DNA from: Oopsacas minuta
Lineage: Eukaryota > Animalia > Porifera
NCBI GenBank assembly: GCA_024704765.1
Contig: JAKMXF010000266.1
Coordinates: forward strand, 434,001-498,000
Length of the DNA stretch: 64,000 nucleotides
Direction: 5' to 3'
Position 1 is the stretch's first letter, and each line of letters starts with the position of its first letter. The translations under genes and the position numbers were made by a program. Shown here one piece after another: positions 37,601-49,471 of this stretch. Below the pieces are notes generated by a model, which was given only the letters and a program-made list of their open reading frames with translations, had not been told where the DNA came from and ran no database searches.

Positions 37601-39410
37601 AAGTAAACTCAAAGCTCGGATGTCAAAACTAAATTTGTTTGACACTACGCCTAATGAACCTCATACTGATGGTAATTTTGTCATCCACGACGAAAAAGAA
37701 CAGAATGAACTACACCTACTTGAGGATAACGTAAGTACTCGTTTTGAAGGCAGACCTGGACAAGAACCAACTACGAAGATTAAAAATATTATTGGTGTTC
37801 CACCAGTTCGTCCTTACGTCGGAAGCTCTAGGGTAAACTGTCATTTAATCTCCCCGGCTACACGTCAATGTTGTCTGCAACTTGGCTGGAAAATGCAATG
37901 CCACGAAACAGCGAATTTTAAATCCACACGCGAGCAATATCGCCCTGAAGATCCTTGCATTCGGAAACTTTATCCTTTCCCTAATCCTAACGCGATAATT
38001 GTAGCTGCAGATGACGCAGGTCCACAACTATACCATTTTATCCTACCCCTCAGATCTCAGTATCTTCCTTACGCGCAGCTACAACCTATTGTCTTGCTGA
38101 TACCTGCAATACCCGAGGCTTCCTTCCTTGAAGCCATCTCCTGGCTGCCTCAGGTATACTTTATCGTTGGATCAGCGGAATCAGTAGACGATCTGCTAAT
38201 AGCTGGTATACTTAAGGCTAATACGGTCATATTGTGTGTTGGTGATGGAATTCAGGAGGAAAAGGATGAAATTCATATGACTGATGCTTCTAGGTTAAAT
38301 TCTGTGTTGAAAATGCGTAAGGTTTTCCCGAATACTCCTTTCTACGTAGAATTATTCCATCGATCTAATATGCGATTTCTGTCACCGAAAATACAAGTTT
38401 CTCATTTGCATCGTAGAAACCCAGATGATTTCCTATCAACTCCCCATTTTAAGTCAGGACATGTATTTAGTCCTAGCATGTTAGATACCATTATATATCA
38501 ATCAGCAAAGAAGGATTATATCATTGAGCTAGTGAGATTGATGCTTGGATTAGAACAGAGGGAAGGGTCGGCTTATTTGGCTAAAGTTGAGATTTCTCAG
38601 ACTGAAGTAAGTTTGTATCAGAACTACGGGCGAATAATGCAAAAGTTTGCTTGCGATAGGAAAGATCTGGCAATTGGTGTTTACAGAACCGAAATGCAGA
38701 AACATGTGTCTCGTAGTGAAAATTTGCGTTATGAAAGAGTCCAAGAGTTCCTACGTTTCAAATTGAAAGAGTTATGTATAGAGAACGTAAACATTCCTCC
38801 TCTACCCGATAGATCTAAAAATTCATATGTCCTTGTCAATCCAGATGCCTCACTTACCTTAGATCCAAATGACGTCATACTTGTCTTGCGCTGTAACAAA
38901 TTCGCGGATGCTGAGTTGCCGCGAAGACCTTCGTTGATGAAAGCTATAAGTTTTCCTCAAGGAATATCTGATACAGAATCCGATTCTGATAAAGAAGGAG
39001 CAGTGAAGGAATCCGCACTGGACAAGTTAAGAAAGTCTTTCATTTTCAGATCAAGAGAAGAACCTATGAAACAAAGACATTGTAGTACTATTAGCGAATC
39101 AGGTCTGAATGAAAAAGGAAGTGAGCAATCGCTACAGGAAAAATCATTTGTATCGGGTGAAGCCGCTAACCACCGTCGTCGTATATTCATCAGCTCCAAA
39201 AATGCCCCCTCATTCAACAAATCATCCTCAGCTAAGGGCACTTCTCCTAGAAAGTTCATTGATTTATCCCCTCTTGACGATAACATGCCTATATTCAATT
39301 TTAAAAAGAATTCTTATGAGCCTTATAAGTACCATACCTGCCCTCTTGAAGTGGAAAATCCTTTAACTAAGTCTCATTCAGTTAACACACTCTCACATAA
39401 TCAAAACTAA
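34677..39410 (+). CDS. KCNT: Slo2/KCNT-type (Na+-activated family) potassium channel, single exon, 1577 aa
   Basis: Pore FESLWFIIITITTVGYGDIYP; uncharged S4 (IPIFVQCLSAK); RCK1 (KHVVLV..., LQGSAL...DL.R, DPNAADQETILRA, ASNCICPGFSTFITLL); RCK2 (FILPLRS...LQPIVLL, F.SG.VFS.SMLDT..YQS..KDYII.LVRL.LGL). Confidence 0.92.
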   Translation: MASILAMHAGRSDFGEKFHGANLEYEICPDNLDDNSLEADGNLNNEGPEQEHTHFMNLITRGYNSIQLSEKNSDIKVFHTSKGKQLVRAIRLFFKICCCILYVLQTFEFSDTSDFIPAYCKQLHVFLPFNPNPDHNSVLHAYQRGKCSEKFNYQLLPTDTFNDDLFLNNRSLLRFNSIAEMNNEVKAHFCSFKCNSTETCAEVTQNDFYQFCSCIVDCGGQLICNSAVHHEESYNRDIDDYDYSKLFFYSKPLFLYLIQAVFSLLVMIESIILCVWSYYNGVRWYKLIDGYVILDLVNGVLFLITLCFPPCLKDLFIPIFVQCLSAKIILNEIIYEIDTYSVQTKYMNVVTQKLISLLFGICSVLFFSVCLMHYLERTHSQSSIPNLFESLWFIIITITTVGYGDIYPATWYGKVFIMFLVILVLFSLTTVLDELLDLLGSSHKTTAAYFNYMKGKHVVLVTSNVRMNFLVDFLNELYSEENNDVVTVILCPRSPDKMTENRLKSPVWRRRVVLLQGSALRSMDLDRTSISNARCCFLIPDRQTDDPNAADQETILRAIAIRRFAPRIKLYVHILKPENRFQVDFATKIMCEGEIKHALFASNCICPGFSTFITLLLHTTTPDSEEKNQDYSYCSGNEIYDIRLGDSVLFSQYVNKNFLFAAVLVLRNSGVLLIGIQQDENKKILLNPGSDYILQENDICFYISQNREEMSRVVQKIPKYEAKNELEKMCAQVGLINMHYYNMDQTSPSKSIPDVSPIRKEASFNNELRRSSLLEGISLMQAAVGNKKIEEYNSDDDDISVNNDPKENQTIRDGITLMKASANKPKPNPFYRLESQVETSNAFQTSATEACAIPLQGSICPVSDSAFEEPSTSYDKSACMLVSDIPLESPEFQFTEHNEGDTEYVPEKWPAESENFRQFHNYSSCNYPRKKVTHGKKMTPESTGGGGLSKILRSQAQMNKATCEGPAKKKVVKPKSKLKARMSKLNLFDTTPNEPHTDGNFVIHDEKEQNELHLLEDNVSTRFEGRPGQEPTTKIKNIIGVPPVRPYVGSSRVNCHLISPATRQCCLQLGWKMQCHETANFKSTREQYRPEDPCIRKLYPFPNPNAIIVAADDAGPQLYHFILPLRSQYLPYAQLQPIVLLIPAIPEASFLEAISWLPQVYFIVGSAESVDDLLIAGILKANTVILCVGDGIQEEKDEIHMTDASRLNSVLKMRKVFPNTPFYVELFHRSNMRFLSPKIQVSHLHRRNPDDFLSTPHFKSGHVFSPSMLDTIIYQSAKKDYIIELVRLMLGLEQREGSAYLAKVEISQTEVSLYQNYGRIMQKFACDRKDLAIGVYRTEMQKHVSRSENLRYERVQEFLRFKLKELCIENVNIPPLPDRSKNSYVLVNPDASLTLDPNDVILVLRCNKFADAELPRRPSLMKAISFPQGISDTESDSDKEGAVKESALDKLRKSFIFRSREEPMKQRHCSTISESGLNEKGSEQSLQEKSFVSGEAANHRRRIFISSKNAPSFNKSSSAKGTSPRKFIDLSPLDDNMPIFNFKKNSYEPYKYHTCPLEVENPLTKSHSVNTLSHNQN

Positions 39411-41425
39411 ATTAAAATGTGTATCTTTCTTTTCCTTTGGATGTATATTTAATTCTTTCTACATTTGTTATTCCATTATTTTCTGTATATACAGTTTACT
39501 TGCATGTACACATTAGTTGATATTAACTTTTAGTTACCAATTCGAAATATCCTTTTTGGCTTATTTAACTGTTATTCCATAGTTCATTCCAACGTGGCCT
39601 GTTTAAAGCAGAGGCTAGCTGAAACTACGTAAATCTATGCAAGGACGTGATTTTTGGAGAGGATTTGGCTCCCATCAAATTTGTTTCATATGTTTTGTAA
39701 AATCATTAATAAACATAGCAAAAAAAGCAACATAGTTGCTTAATTAAATATTTTATACAGCCAATATTTTCAACTAACATGTTTAGGTTTTCCTAAACTA
39801 ATATTTTTCTCTGTTCGTTTTGGCATTACTATTGTCTGTTACTCTGTAAATTGTAACGTATTAATTATTCTAAGGTGTTTCGATATTGTTAACTCATCGG
39901 AGATATATGTAACATAGATTCTTATAATCTGTGTGTTTAGTTAGAATGATTAAGGACTGTAAATTACAATAACAAAATCCATATTATTCAAAGTAGAAAG
40001 AGACATGAGTATTCTAACACTTCAGAAATTTATTACTAAGTAATCCACAACAATGGCTACACTCACATAAGTACATACCACGGAGGTCACTGGGGTGATC
40101 TGTTTCCTACATGAATTATCGTACATTTGTGAATGATATATCAAATTTAACACAGAAATACCTGCCATTCATATTTTAATATTGGGGTTGTCCAAAAGAG
40201 TCCACATGCTATTAATAGTATCAATTCTTTTGCTCTGTCGTCAGCTGAATTAACAAACGAATAGGGATTAAGATGATCAATTTACAAACTTATCAATGAT
40301 CGTAAATTGGTATTCTATCGTTTACTAATCTTGTAGTTGTAATTAAGCTACTCTACAGTAGCCTGCGAATATCGTCTTATGTACGATTTTCTGATACGAA
40401 GGCCAACCTGATGGGCGTGATGGCCAAGCATAGATTATATTCCAGCAGCGTGGAGGGGGGAAAAATACTGCAACGAAACTAAAGATTCGGCATAGAACTT
40501 CATTATATTTCAAGAAATGAAGGTGCAATTCACCACCAACATTCTCTCAACGATACATTATTAGTTAGCATTTACATGATTTCCCTTAAATGGCTTTATT
40601 ACGCGAACACAGTTATCTCATTTGTATTGTAAATTATAGAAAAATTAATTTAATAATTATTGAATTAAATTTACTGGAAATTACAAAAAATTAAACTAAT
40701 CTAAGCAATATCAACGAACGGGTATTTGCATTAATTACACCCGAATTGACTACAAACGTAAACTAGTGCAATATCTTAATGTCTGTAATAATGAATCTAT
40801 TCAATACATAGTTCATGCTATAGAGATGTACAGTATTACGTCTTCTAAAGTATGCAATACTATGTACTTTCTATATACTTTAATAGGCCTTTATTCTCTA
40901 TGTGGAAATAGTATTAGTACAGTTTGTCTATGGCATTTTCAATACTATACAAATCCTACAGTATCTTCTTCCAGTGCTTTTCTATTAGCGACACAAGTAA
41001 CACAGCTTTCCTATAGCAAAGAAATTTACATTACCTTGGCCATACAGCACAATTCATCAGTGAGTTACTTTCTTATATTATCTTTACTATCCAGTATAGC
41101 CATTTTATATTATAATGAGATTATTTCATTCAACTAAGACATATTCAGAAATTCTTATTGTAAATCATTCTTTTTAGAATATTTTTCTAAAAATCTATTC
41201 ATTTAGCACAAAATATGTTTATTTTCCTTCATTTGAACTTTTTTTTAATATTTTTTGAATAATTTTTGCATTTTTTACTTTGGCTAAAATATGGGTTGAC
41301 ATGTTCCAAACTTTATCAATTATATTCCAAATGGTAAGTAAGGATACTTTACAATATTTATTAGCAATAAATGAATAATTTTAGAGATCTTTTACCCAAT
41401 GTAATGATATCCTTTTCCTTTAGGA

Positions 41426-42092
41426 ATGCCTAAGGATCCGAAGAAGCCAAAGGGACGTATGTCTGCATATGCCTTTTTCGTGCAAGAGCGTAGACTCTAC
41501 TACCGTAATAAGGGACTAAACGTGAATTTTACTGAATTCTCCCGCGAGTGCGCATCTCTCTGGAAAGAACTAAGCGATGTTCAAAAAGCGAAATATGTCA
41601 AAAGTGCGGAAATGGACAAAACACGCTACGACGAAGAAATGTTGACTTACACTCCTCCATCTGATACTGGTAGCAAGAGACGCAAAAAGAAGAAAAAGGA
41701 TCCTAGACTACCCAAGAGGAACATGTGAGTATTCCATTAGCACTGCATTATGACTAGATTATCATTAGAAACCTGATAGTTACCTTACAGCATGATAACA
41801 AGATAATATCTGTAATCTTATATCTTCATCATTTAGGTCTGCATTCTTTTTCTTCTGTGCAGAAAAACGTCCAAAGCTAAGGTCACAAACCCCGGGTGCA
41901 ACTGTTGGCCAAATTGCCAAGCAACTTGGTGAGGCCTGGAAGTTAATGACGTCAGAACAAAAAGCGCCCTACGAGTTGTCTGCTAAGGCAGATAAGACAC
42001 GCTACGAGCATGACATGGAACTATACAAAAAGGGACAATTCGTACCAGTTAATCAGGAGGATGTCGATGAGACAGATGAGGATGATGACTAG
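41426..42092 (+). CDS. HMGB: HMGB protein (two HMG boxes + short acidic tail), 2 coding exons
   Basis: MPKDPKKPKGRMSAYAFFVQ box A (41426-41724); intron; box B (..PKRNM|SAFFFFCAEKRPKL...IAKQLGEAW) 41837-42092 ending EDVDETDEDDD*. Confidence 0.95.
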
Positions 42093-42902
42093 CCATGGGA
42101 TAGAAATGGTTACTAATATTTGTTTCTGATTCGCATGGGTTGTGTGAATACGTGGTAATTACTTCTATTAGTTATTTGTGATTGTTTCTTGTTGTTTCTT
42201 AGTAGTTCAATTGTTCTATACAATTTTACAATACATTTATTTGCTAACAATATATTATTCAGATTACATGCTAATCCTCTTACAAGCAATATAATTACTT
42301 AGTTACTTATTAGATATGAAATATGCTAATTCTCTTAGTTCTATATAATAGTATATATGCATGACGCGTGCTATAAACCGCAGTTGCTACTACATCATCA
42401 TAGTTTGGTAAATATACTTTAATGATACAAATTGACATCTCACTATTTTTTGAGTGGTCATATCAAATAGCTATAATTTCTTGCATATAGCTAATTAATT
42501 ATATAATTATCATGAGAAACCCTGTCACCCACTCTAAGGATGATAGTAGCTATTTTAACTGAGGAGTGGATATCCGAAAGCCTTTCATTTAGTTTTTCTC
42601 ATTGAGTGTACTCCCAATTTGACTATTTTCAAGTGTGTAGCTTATTACGCGTACAAGTTATTTCCTGCTTCGTTTAAACAAGAGAAATTATGATCATCCC
42701 TGTAAGGATTTAATATTTCAGAAGGGCGATTTATACAAAACATTCTTTTTGTCAAATTCCCGCAACTATTATGTCTTGTTAATTGAATACCACAACTTAA
42801 TTTATAGGGTAATATGAACAGTAATTAGATATTACTGCATACTTACTGCTGTAAAACTATTACTTTTGCAAAAGCTGATATTTACTGGTCAAACATTGTA
42901 TA

Positions 42903-43862
42903 ATGCTAAGAAAGAAGAGAGGTCACAAGTCCCACAAGAGTAAATCTGAACATATAAACTCTAAATTTGCACAATCAAATATCTACCACTCAAACAGTGC
43001 TCCCCCTATTGTAATCAAATCTAAAAGAATCCACATTGCTTCTGCACTTAACCAGCAGCAAAGTTTGCTATTCGTATATGGCTGCACTACTAATACTGTA
43101 TTCTCGTACATCTATACATTAGATGGATATTTAGTTACTTTATTTCCCTGCAATCATACTTTTAAACTTTTCGTTAGTGTGAATGCAGATTTCAGTAATG
43201 ACGCTATTATGATTTTACTATCTGGACAAGGAGCTCTGTTCAATTCTTTATATACTTACACTGATTACTTTAGTGATAATAAACGAATTGAAGGAACAGT
43301 ATTTGATTGTCATAGAAATGGAGATATTTACGTAGCCGGTAGTCAACAAATAGCTGTTTCTATTTATTCAAAGCAATTTCAATTCAAACGTTACTTTGAG
43401 ATATTTCAAATTGAACCAGGGATAATAACCTCATTATTAATAAGGGATGATTTATTGATTGTTCTATTGAAATGTTGTGATGCAGATTATCAGCCACCAG
43501 CATTCGTAGGTAGAAACAAACGTCCAATACGTAGAGTAATTACACCAGAATGTCAGATATACAGATACTGTTTGAGAACAGAAGAACTATTACAAAGATG
43601 GGACCTATCAGATCGTTATAACTCCAGGATGATTACTAATGCTTGTTTCGTAGATAGATACATGAATGTACTGATGGAATGTGATTATTCTAAAGACTAT
43701 TGTGTGTGGGATACGGATGGGAGGATAAGCTATTATCAATTGAAACATAGGAACACTCACCCTATGAGATTGGAATATACCATAGGATGTTCACTAACAG
43801 ACGACAATCAGCTGATTTACCTGTTGTCTAATGGTTGTATTAAAATTTTTAACATTTGGTGA
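42903..43862 (+). CDS. Hypothetical 319-aa protein, beta-strand-rich, possibly NHL/beta-propeller-like
   Basis: Intact 960-bp ORF; basic N-terminus; propeller-like segments (FDCHRNGDIYVAG..IAVSIYS, CFVDRYMNVLM, IGCSLTDDNQLIYL). Fold is inference. Confidence 0.55.
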   Translation: MLRKKRGHKSHKSKSEHINSKFAQSNIYHSNSAPPIVIKSKRIHIASALNQQQSLLFVYGCTTNTVFSYIYTLDGYLVTLFPCNHTFKLFVSVNADFSNDAIMILLSGQGALFNSLYTYTDYFSDNKRIEGTVFDCHRNGDIYVAGSQQIAVSIYSKQFQFKRYFEIFQIEPGIITSLLIRDDLLIVLLKCCDADYQPPAFVGRNKRPIRRVITPECQIYRYCLRTEELLQRWDLSDRYNSRMITNACFVDRYMNVLMECDYSKDYCVWDTDGRISYYQLKHRNTHPMRLEYTIGCSLTDDNQLIYLLSNGCIKIFNIW

Positions 43863-44040
43863 TTTTTAGAGATTTAATTATTTGTGAAGGTATTATAATA
43901 GCTTTTTGATATTTATTTATTTATTTATTATTAACGATAATTATCACAACAAAAAGAATAATAACAATAATAATACATACTTAATAAGCAAATTTGAATA
44001 TTAATTAGTAGTATTAATAAAAATATTATTTTGGTATTCT

Positions 44041-45055
44041 TCAACTAGGGAGTTTGATGCTTTTGTTGATGTTAGCTAGTTTCAGTTTGTTTCTGATAGA
44101 TTTGTAAACAACAATAATACATACATACAAATAATTCAAAATTATTAAAATTTTATTTATTACAATGGAGAGTAGAGTTATGAAATCTACAACTTTTCCA
44201 CCTATTTCTGAGATGTTTTCAAGATTCATGAAAATTTTGGAATATATTTATAATACCGTATAAATGGTGGTAAGCTGACTGCAATAATTAAGAAGAACAA
44301 CGAGATAACCACTAGACTAGTTGCAACCATAAAATGTATACGAAGATATTTACTTTCTATGTATTTTTCCTTGTCACAGTAAAACAATTTAATTTCTTTT
44401 TCGCGACTTTTTAAATGTAAATAGAATTTCTCGAATAGAACACAAATTGTGTGAAGTCCAAAAAATGAAAAACTGAAAATTAAACAATTCACTAAATCAA
44501 TCAATGGTTTATAATCATCATATTTTCCTTTTAAGCCACTTAAAACAAACAGGATTAAACTTACAACTGCTCTAATTGAAATATATGCTGTCCATCTCAT
44601 GATTGTATATTTATATTCGTATTTTCTATATACTAACCATAGGACGTTCATTAGTAGAACAAGGACTGGGGTAGTTATAATCGGAGCGATCAAGACGGTA
44701 TATTCTAAGAATATTTGGAAATAAGGGTATAAATTAGAAGTTTGAGATTCCTTTTTGTTAGTAAAACCCATTTCGCGAATATGTAAGCGAGATATGCTAG
44801 ATTGTCCATGATTTCAAAGGGTAGGATAATGATTATGAAATTTGTGATCATTGCTTTTATCCTCAAATTTTTTCTGTGATTTTTGTATGTTTCAAAAAAG
44901 AGTAACTCAGGAGTGATCGTGTGTATCTCTAGCGATAACTTGCATCTTCTCCGTATGTAGTACCATAATGTAAATAGTGCCATTAAGCAGAATATTAGAA
45001 GTAATAATGGAATGATCAGACAAACGATCTTTTCGATTTTAAATATATTTTCCAT
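44041..45055 (-). pseudogene. Multi-pass (probably 7TM-like) membrane protein gene split by two frameshifts
   Basis: Three consecutive overlapping minus-strand ORFs (45055-44705, 44771-44226, 44229-44041), each with hydrophobic helices, in different frames with no intron-sized gaps. Confidence 0.6.
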
Positions 45056-46427
45056 GGAATAAGCAAGTATTACTTCACTATATACTTGTATATTTCGGAA
45101 TTTCTATTTATACAGATGATGGTATCACTTATTAAGTTATTATCCTCTTAGAGCTGAAGCTGATTATTAATTTAAAACCCTTTCTTAGCAATCGTTACTT
45201 ACATTGAATTAATCCAGTTTATTTTCTCAAATACGTATATGCTAATGTTTTCTAAAATATTTATCCTTGTTGTGTATTACTTGAATAATATCCAATCTCT
45301 TTAGTAAATTTCTTGTATCATATCCAATGTCTTTAATAAATATCTTGATATGATATGACTCATTTTAATAGTAAGATCTATTTCCAATGCTTTGCTTTAT
45401 CAAAGATTCTGTTTTTGATATCTTATATACTTTATCTAGGGATTTTCTATAAATATTTGGATTTTGTGATTGTGTGGCGAATGGAGCTAATCACATTTTT
45501 CTTGTGGTAAACTAAATGATGCTGATTTTTATTATGGTTGGCAATCTGTTTTTCATAAATTAGCAATACTGGGAAGAGAATATTCACAAACTATTTTAAT
45601 ATAACACTGCAACGAACCACGTTTCTCTTCCACCTATCAGGTTGGCATATCACTTACCTCCTCTTAATTATTAAGGAGCCGTTCGGTGGTATGCGAAGTG
45701 TGGCATCCCAATTCTTTTGTATAGGATAGTGACATTTTTGGAGTTCTCTCACTCTCTGCTTAGTACAAATTCGAGCACGTATAAGGATATAATTAGAAAT
45801 TAAAAGCGTATTGCAACATGAGATTCTAACTAAACTCTTGTCAGAGGCGGAGTCATATGAGCCACTACATCGCTATTGAACCATTCACGTTAAATAAGAC
45901 GCACAATAGGACACTAACACCCAAACTCTATGTTTGATAAGTTTATCAAAGTATAGTATACAATAAAGATATGATCTCATTTATAACTGTTATACAGAAT
46001 GACGTCATCCAAATGCAGATCAGAGAAAAATATATAAACTTTGTATCCAGCTAACTCTTTCATAAACTTTCTAGTTACTAACTTTCTATTATTACTGACC
46101 CCTCTATAGCTATTGAAACTATATGCATTGTAGATATGGCCCACGGTTTCTACGAATTACATGAATTCCAGCCAATTCAAACTTATTTACATAATTGTGA
46201 ATCTAATCTATCTAGAATGTATTGAGCTGCCTAATCTAACTCATTCTGTTGTCTCCCGTCAATGAATGTAACACGATCTATGATTCTATTAATATCAACA
46301 CATTATCACACTATCATTCATTTTTACAAAAGTGTGTGCGTCCAGGATCACTTTTGCGCGCGCCCAGTTTATTATGCGTCATGATTTTGAAGTGTTCCAG
46401 TTGAAACCCATGTACTTATTTGTACTA

Positions 46428-46660
46428 CCGTAAACTGGGGTTACTTTGGCCCACTGGGTTTGCTTTAGCCCAAATATCAGAGTTTCAAAGAAACTAGATT
46501 AGTTCAGTATTATACTTGAAAATGACTTGCCGAATTTTTAACGAATTTTCTAATATCGGTAGACAATTTCGAATACACACAATATCTATTCGATACGTAA
46601 GCAGATTTCAACATTTGGGCTAAAGCAAACCCAGTGGGCCAAAGTAGCCCCAGTTTACGG
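46428..46660. mobile_element. Young MITE family D, 233 bp, 48-bp TIRs, TA TSD
   Basis: ta|ccgtaaactggggttactttggcccactgggtttgctttagcccaaat ... atttgggctaaagcaaacccagtgggccaaagtagccccagtttacgg|ta; one mismatch between the TIRs. Confidence 0.92.
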
Positions 46661-46929
46661 TACACAATTCGCTCTACTTTAATATCCCTGATTTAGCCTC
46701 TAAATATCTTTTATCAGATGGCTGTTATGTTGCTAGTGATACGTATTATGCATACACTTCCATAAACATGATTACCCAACAAGCCACTATGTATATGTAT
46801 ATTAATTTTCAACTCCAATTATATGATATAGATCTTGTAATTTAGTTTATAAACTAGCAAATTTATCCAAATTCGTTTGCAGTTCTTTCCTGTTCAAATA
46901 CCTCATAACAAATCTCAGAATTGTTCAGT

Positions 46930-48374
46930 ATGGATACCGATTATGATTATTTATTCAAAGTCGTGGTTATAGGAGATGCAGGTGTTGGTAAGACTTGTGT
47001 CGTTAAGCGGTATTGTGATGGAGGATTCTCTGATACTGGTATACCAACCATCGGTGTTGATTTCTCCATAAAAACTATCAAAATAGGAACAAAGACTCTC
47101 AAGGTAATGAATTAATGATAATTATGTCTAGCATGTATATAGCATTGACATGGCGGATATTTTGAAATTTTCAGGGAAGTATTCTCAAAATTAACTGAGA
47201 TTTTAGTAACTTATTTTTAGCGATATATGAATGAAGCATTAGGTGTGGCTGTTTACGATAAGCAACCTTGAAATACTAAATTTACTTTATTTCACTTAAA
47301 ATGACTTATAATTGACTCTCTCACTATTTCTTATAGTTTCAAATCTGGGACACGGCAGGGCAAGAGCGATTCAGGACTATCACTCACAGTTACTATCGAT
47401 CAGCTGATGCTGTAATAATAGTTTATGACATCACCAGTCATGAATCTTTCCAGTCCATCAACATGTGGCTACAAGAGATACAGAGGTATTGCGGAGTCTC
47501 TGTATTTAAAGTACTCATTGGGAACAAGTCAGACAAACTGGTATGTATTATTAACTAGAATTTCCCCTTCATTGCTTTATACAAGACGCAGAGTAAGGAT
47601 AGGAAGGCTGAGCTAAGGCCTCTGCTTTGTGAAGAGATCTAATCGTTCAATCGTTACGTAACGGAAATTCTCCATATTTGACCCCCTTCCTGTGTCAGTC
47701 TGTCACGCATTACCCCCTAGGTAACGTTACTTAAGTTTGAACTGATAATATTGATGATACACGTACTTATCTCCTCAATGTTATTTTTAAGTCCCTCCCG
47801 AATTCTTTATCCAATGGACCGAAATTTGGCTTCATCTAGCTTTTATGAATAAGCATGATTCTATCTTGAATAATAGTAATTGTTCACTTTACTCGGATTC
47901 AGCTAACTAATTGCATATAATTGGGATACAGTACATATAGTAGGCGGGTACAGTAGTTACCCGCTAGTATGCATACGTCTTATAACCAGGGTATTGAATT
48001 TCGGAAATATTTTCTCTTTATCGGCCATTTCAACGTGATTCGAAGTAATATTGTATCGTATGCTAATTCGACGCTGAAGGATCCATAGTAGTATACAATA
48101 TTATTGAAACATATTGTACTATATAACTCTATAGGATTCGAGACAAGTCCAGAAAGATGACGGTACTACTGTAGCAGAGAAAGACAATATGCCATTCTTC
48201 GAGACTAGCGCAAAAGAGAACTCAGGAATCGATCAGCTGTTCACTAACCTCGGAGAACAGCTGTTAACACAACAATCAGGAAAACTTAGGCCAGGCGTAG
48301 AAAGAGGAGGAGCACATGTTCTCAAGGGTGAGACAGTCTCTGTAAACGGAGAGAAGACCTGGGGCTGTTGCTAG
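46930..48374 (+). CDS. Rab GTPase of the Rab19/30/43 (Rab1-related) group, 3 exons
   Basis: [64 protein letters not shown]-terminal GCC. Exons ~46930-47103, 47337-47540, 48135-48374. Confidence 0.88.
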
Positions 48375-48633
48375 ACAAGGATATAGGATAGCAATTGATA
48401 CCATATATTACCTCTGTATTTCTGTCTTACTTCCCTGGCTAAACTGAGTGTAAATATTATTACTATTCTTTGTTTCATTAACACTTCTAATGAATACGCT
48501 ATTGCCTCAGTTTGTATGTTACTAGTTAGATTAATATCATAATTATTAATTCATGTTAGTAGTTGTAATAGACCTATTTTTATCTTGATAATTATCATAC
48601 GTATATCAACTATATTGGAGAGAGAGTGAGATA

Positions 48634-48719
48634 TAGTAGAACTCGAATAAGACTTACATTCGGATATTATCTATCAGTTTTTGTTTGCAGAAGGGTTACG
48701 TCTTATCCTAGTTCTACTG
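48634..48719. mobile_element. Mini-MITE family C copy
   Basis: ta|tagtagaactcgaataagac ... gtcttatcctagttctactg|ta. Confidence 0.7.
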
Positions 48720-49057
48720 TAATACTCATGATTCCTAACATAATTGGATAATCGCTATTTACAGCGGATTATGTGATTGTCTGACTCAGTATCCTCTGAT
48801 TAGATAAATTTGAGTATGAATCTAAAGTCACCAACTTTCGTTAATCCAACATTATTATGTATTCACGAGGGCATCACTGTATCATGCGTATATCAACAAT
48901 AGTTATACCAGGTCATGGGACCTTTGAACTATGTACTCCTGCCAGGAATACTTATTTCCCGTCAATTTTGGAATTCTAATTATAGAAATCTATAAATAAG
49001 AAACTCAATGTATTCCTCAATTTTACATCTAGTTCAGTACAATAGCTCGATTTATAA

Positions 49058-49471
49058 ATGACGTCATTTTACAGTGTAAAGAACCTAGTCGGTTTAAGCG
49101 GAGTAATCGGGCTATTGATGGCAGGGTCTATATTTTATATGCATCGCAAAGTACAGAGTAATATTACTAAGGGTATACCCTACCAGCTGGCACTCAAAGA
49201 GCTAGATTCTAGTTCAAATGTATGTAAACTCATAGGCAGACCTATCTCATTAAGACAACTGGATTTAAGTGACAAGGGTAATAGGATAGATTATAAATCT
49301 GCTTATTTAAAGGTACCATTCACAGGGAGTAAGCGGTCTGGGGTAATACATGCAGTTGTTAAAAAGCGCGAGGAAAGATGGGAGGTTATTAAGCTATCTG
49401 TAGAGTTAGAAGTTCCTATGAAGGAAGGATGGTCACATATTATTATCAAAGATTTTGATGATGCGAAATAA
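49058..49471 (+). CDS. COA1: Cytochrome c oxidase assembly factor 1 (Coa1/Tim21-like), single exon
   Basis: N-terminal TM then Y.LA...L......LIG.P......L....N..D...A.LKVP..GSK..G, aligning by eye with human COA1. Confidence 0.82.
   Translation: MTSFYSVKNLVGLSGVIGLLMAGSIFYMHRKVQSNITKGIPYQLALKELDSSSNVCKLIGRPISLRQLDLSDKGNRIDYKSAYLKVPFTGSKRSGVIHAVVKKREERWEVIKLSVELEVPMKEGWSHIIIKDFDDAK

Noticed and set aside
40343-41137. ORFs 40343-40528 (-) and 40766-41137 (+)
   Set aside because: Short, no motifs and no convincing splice context; treated as intergenic.
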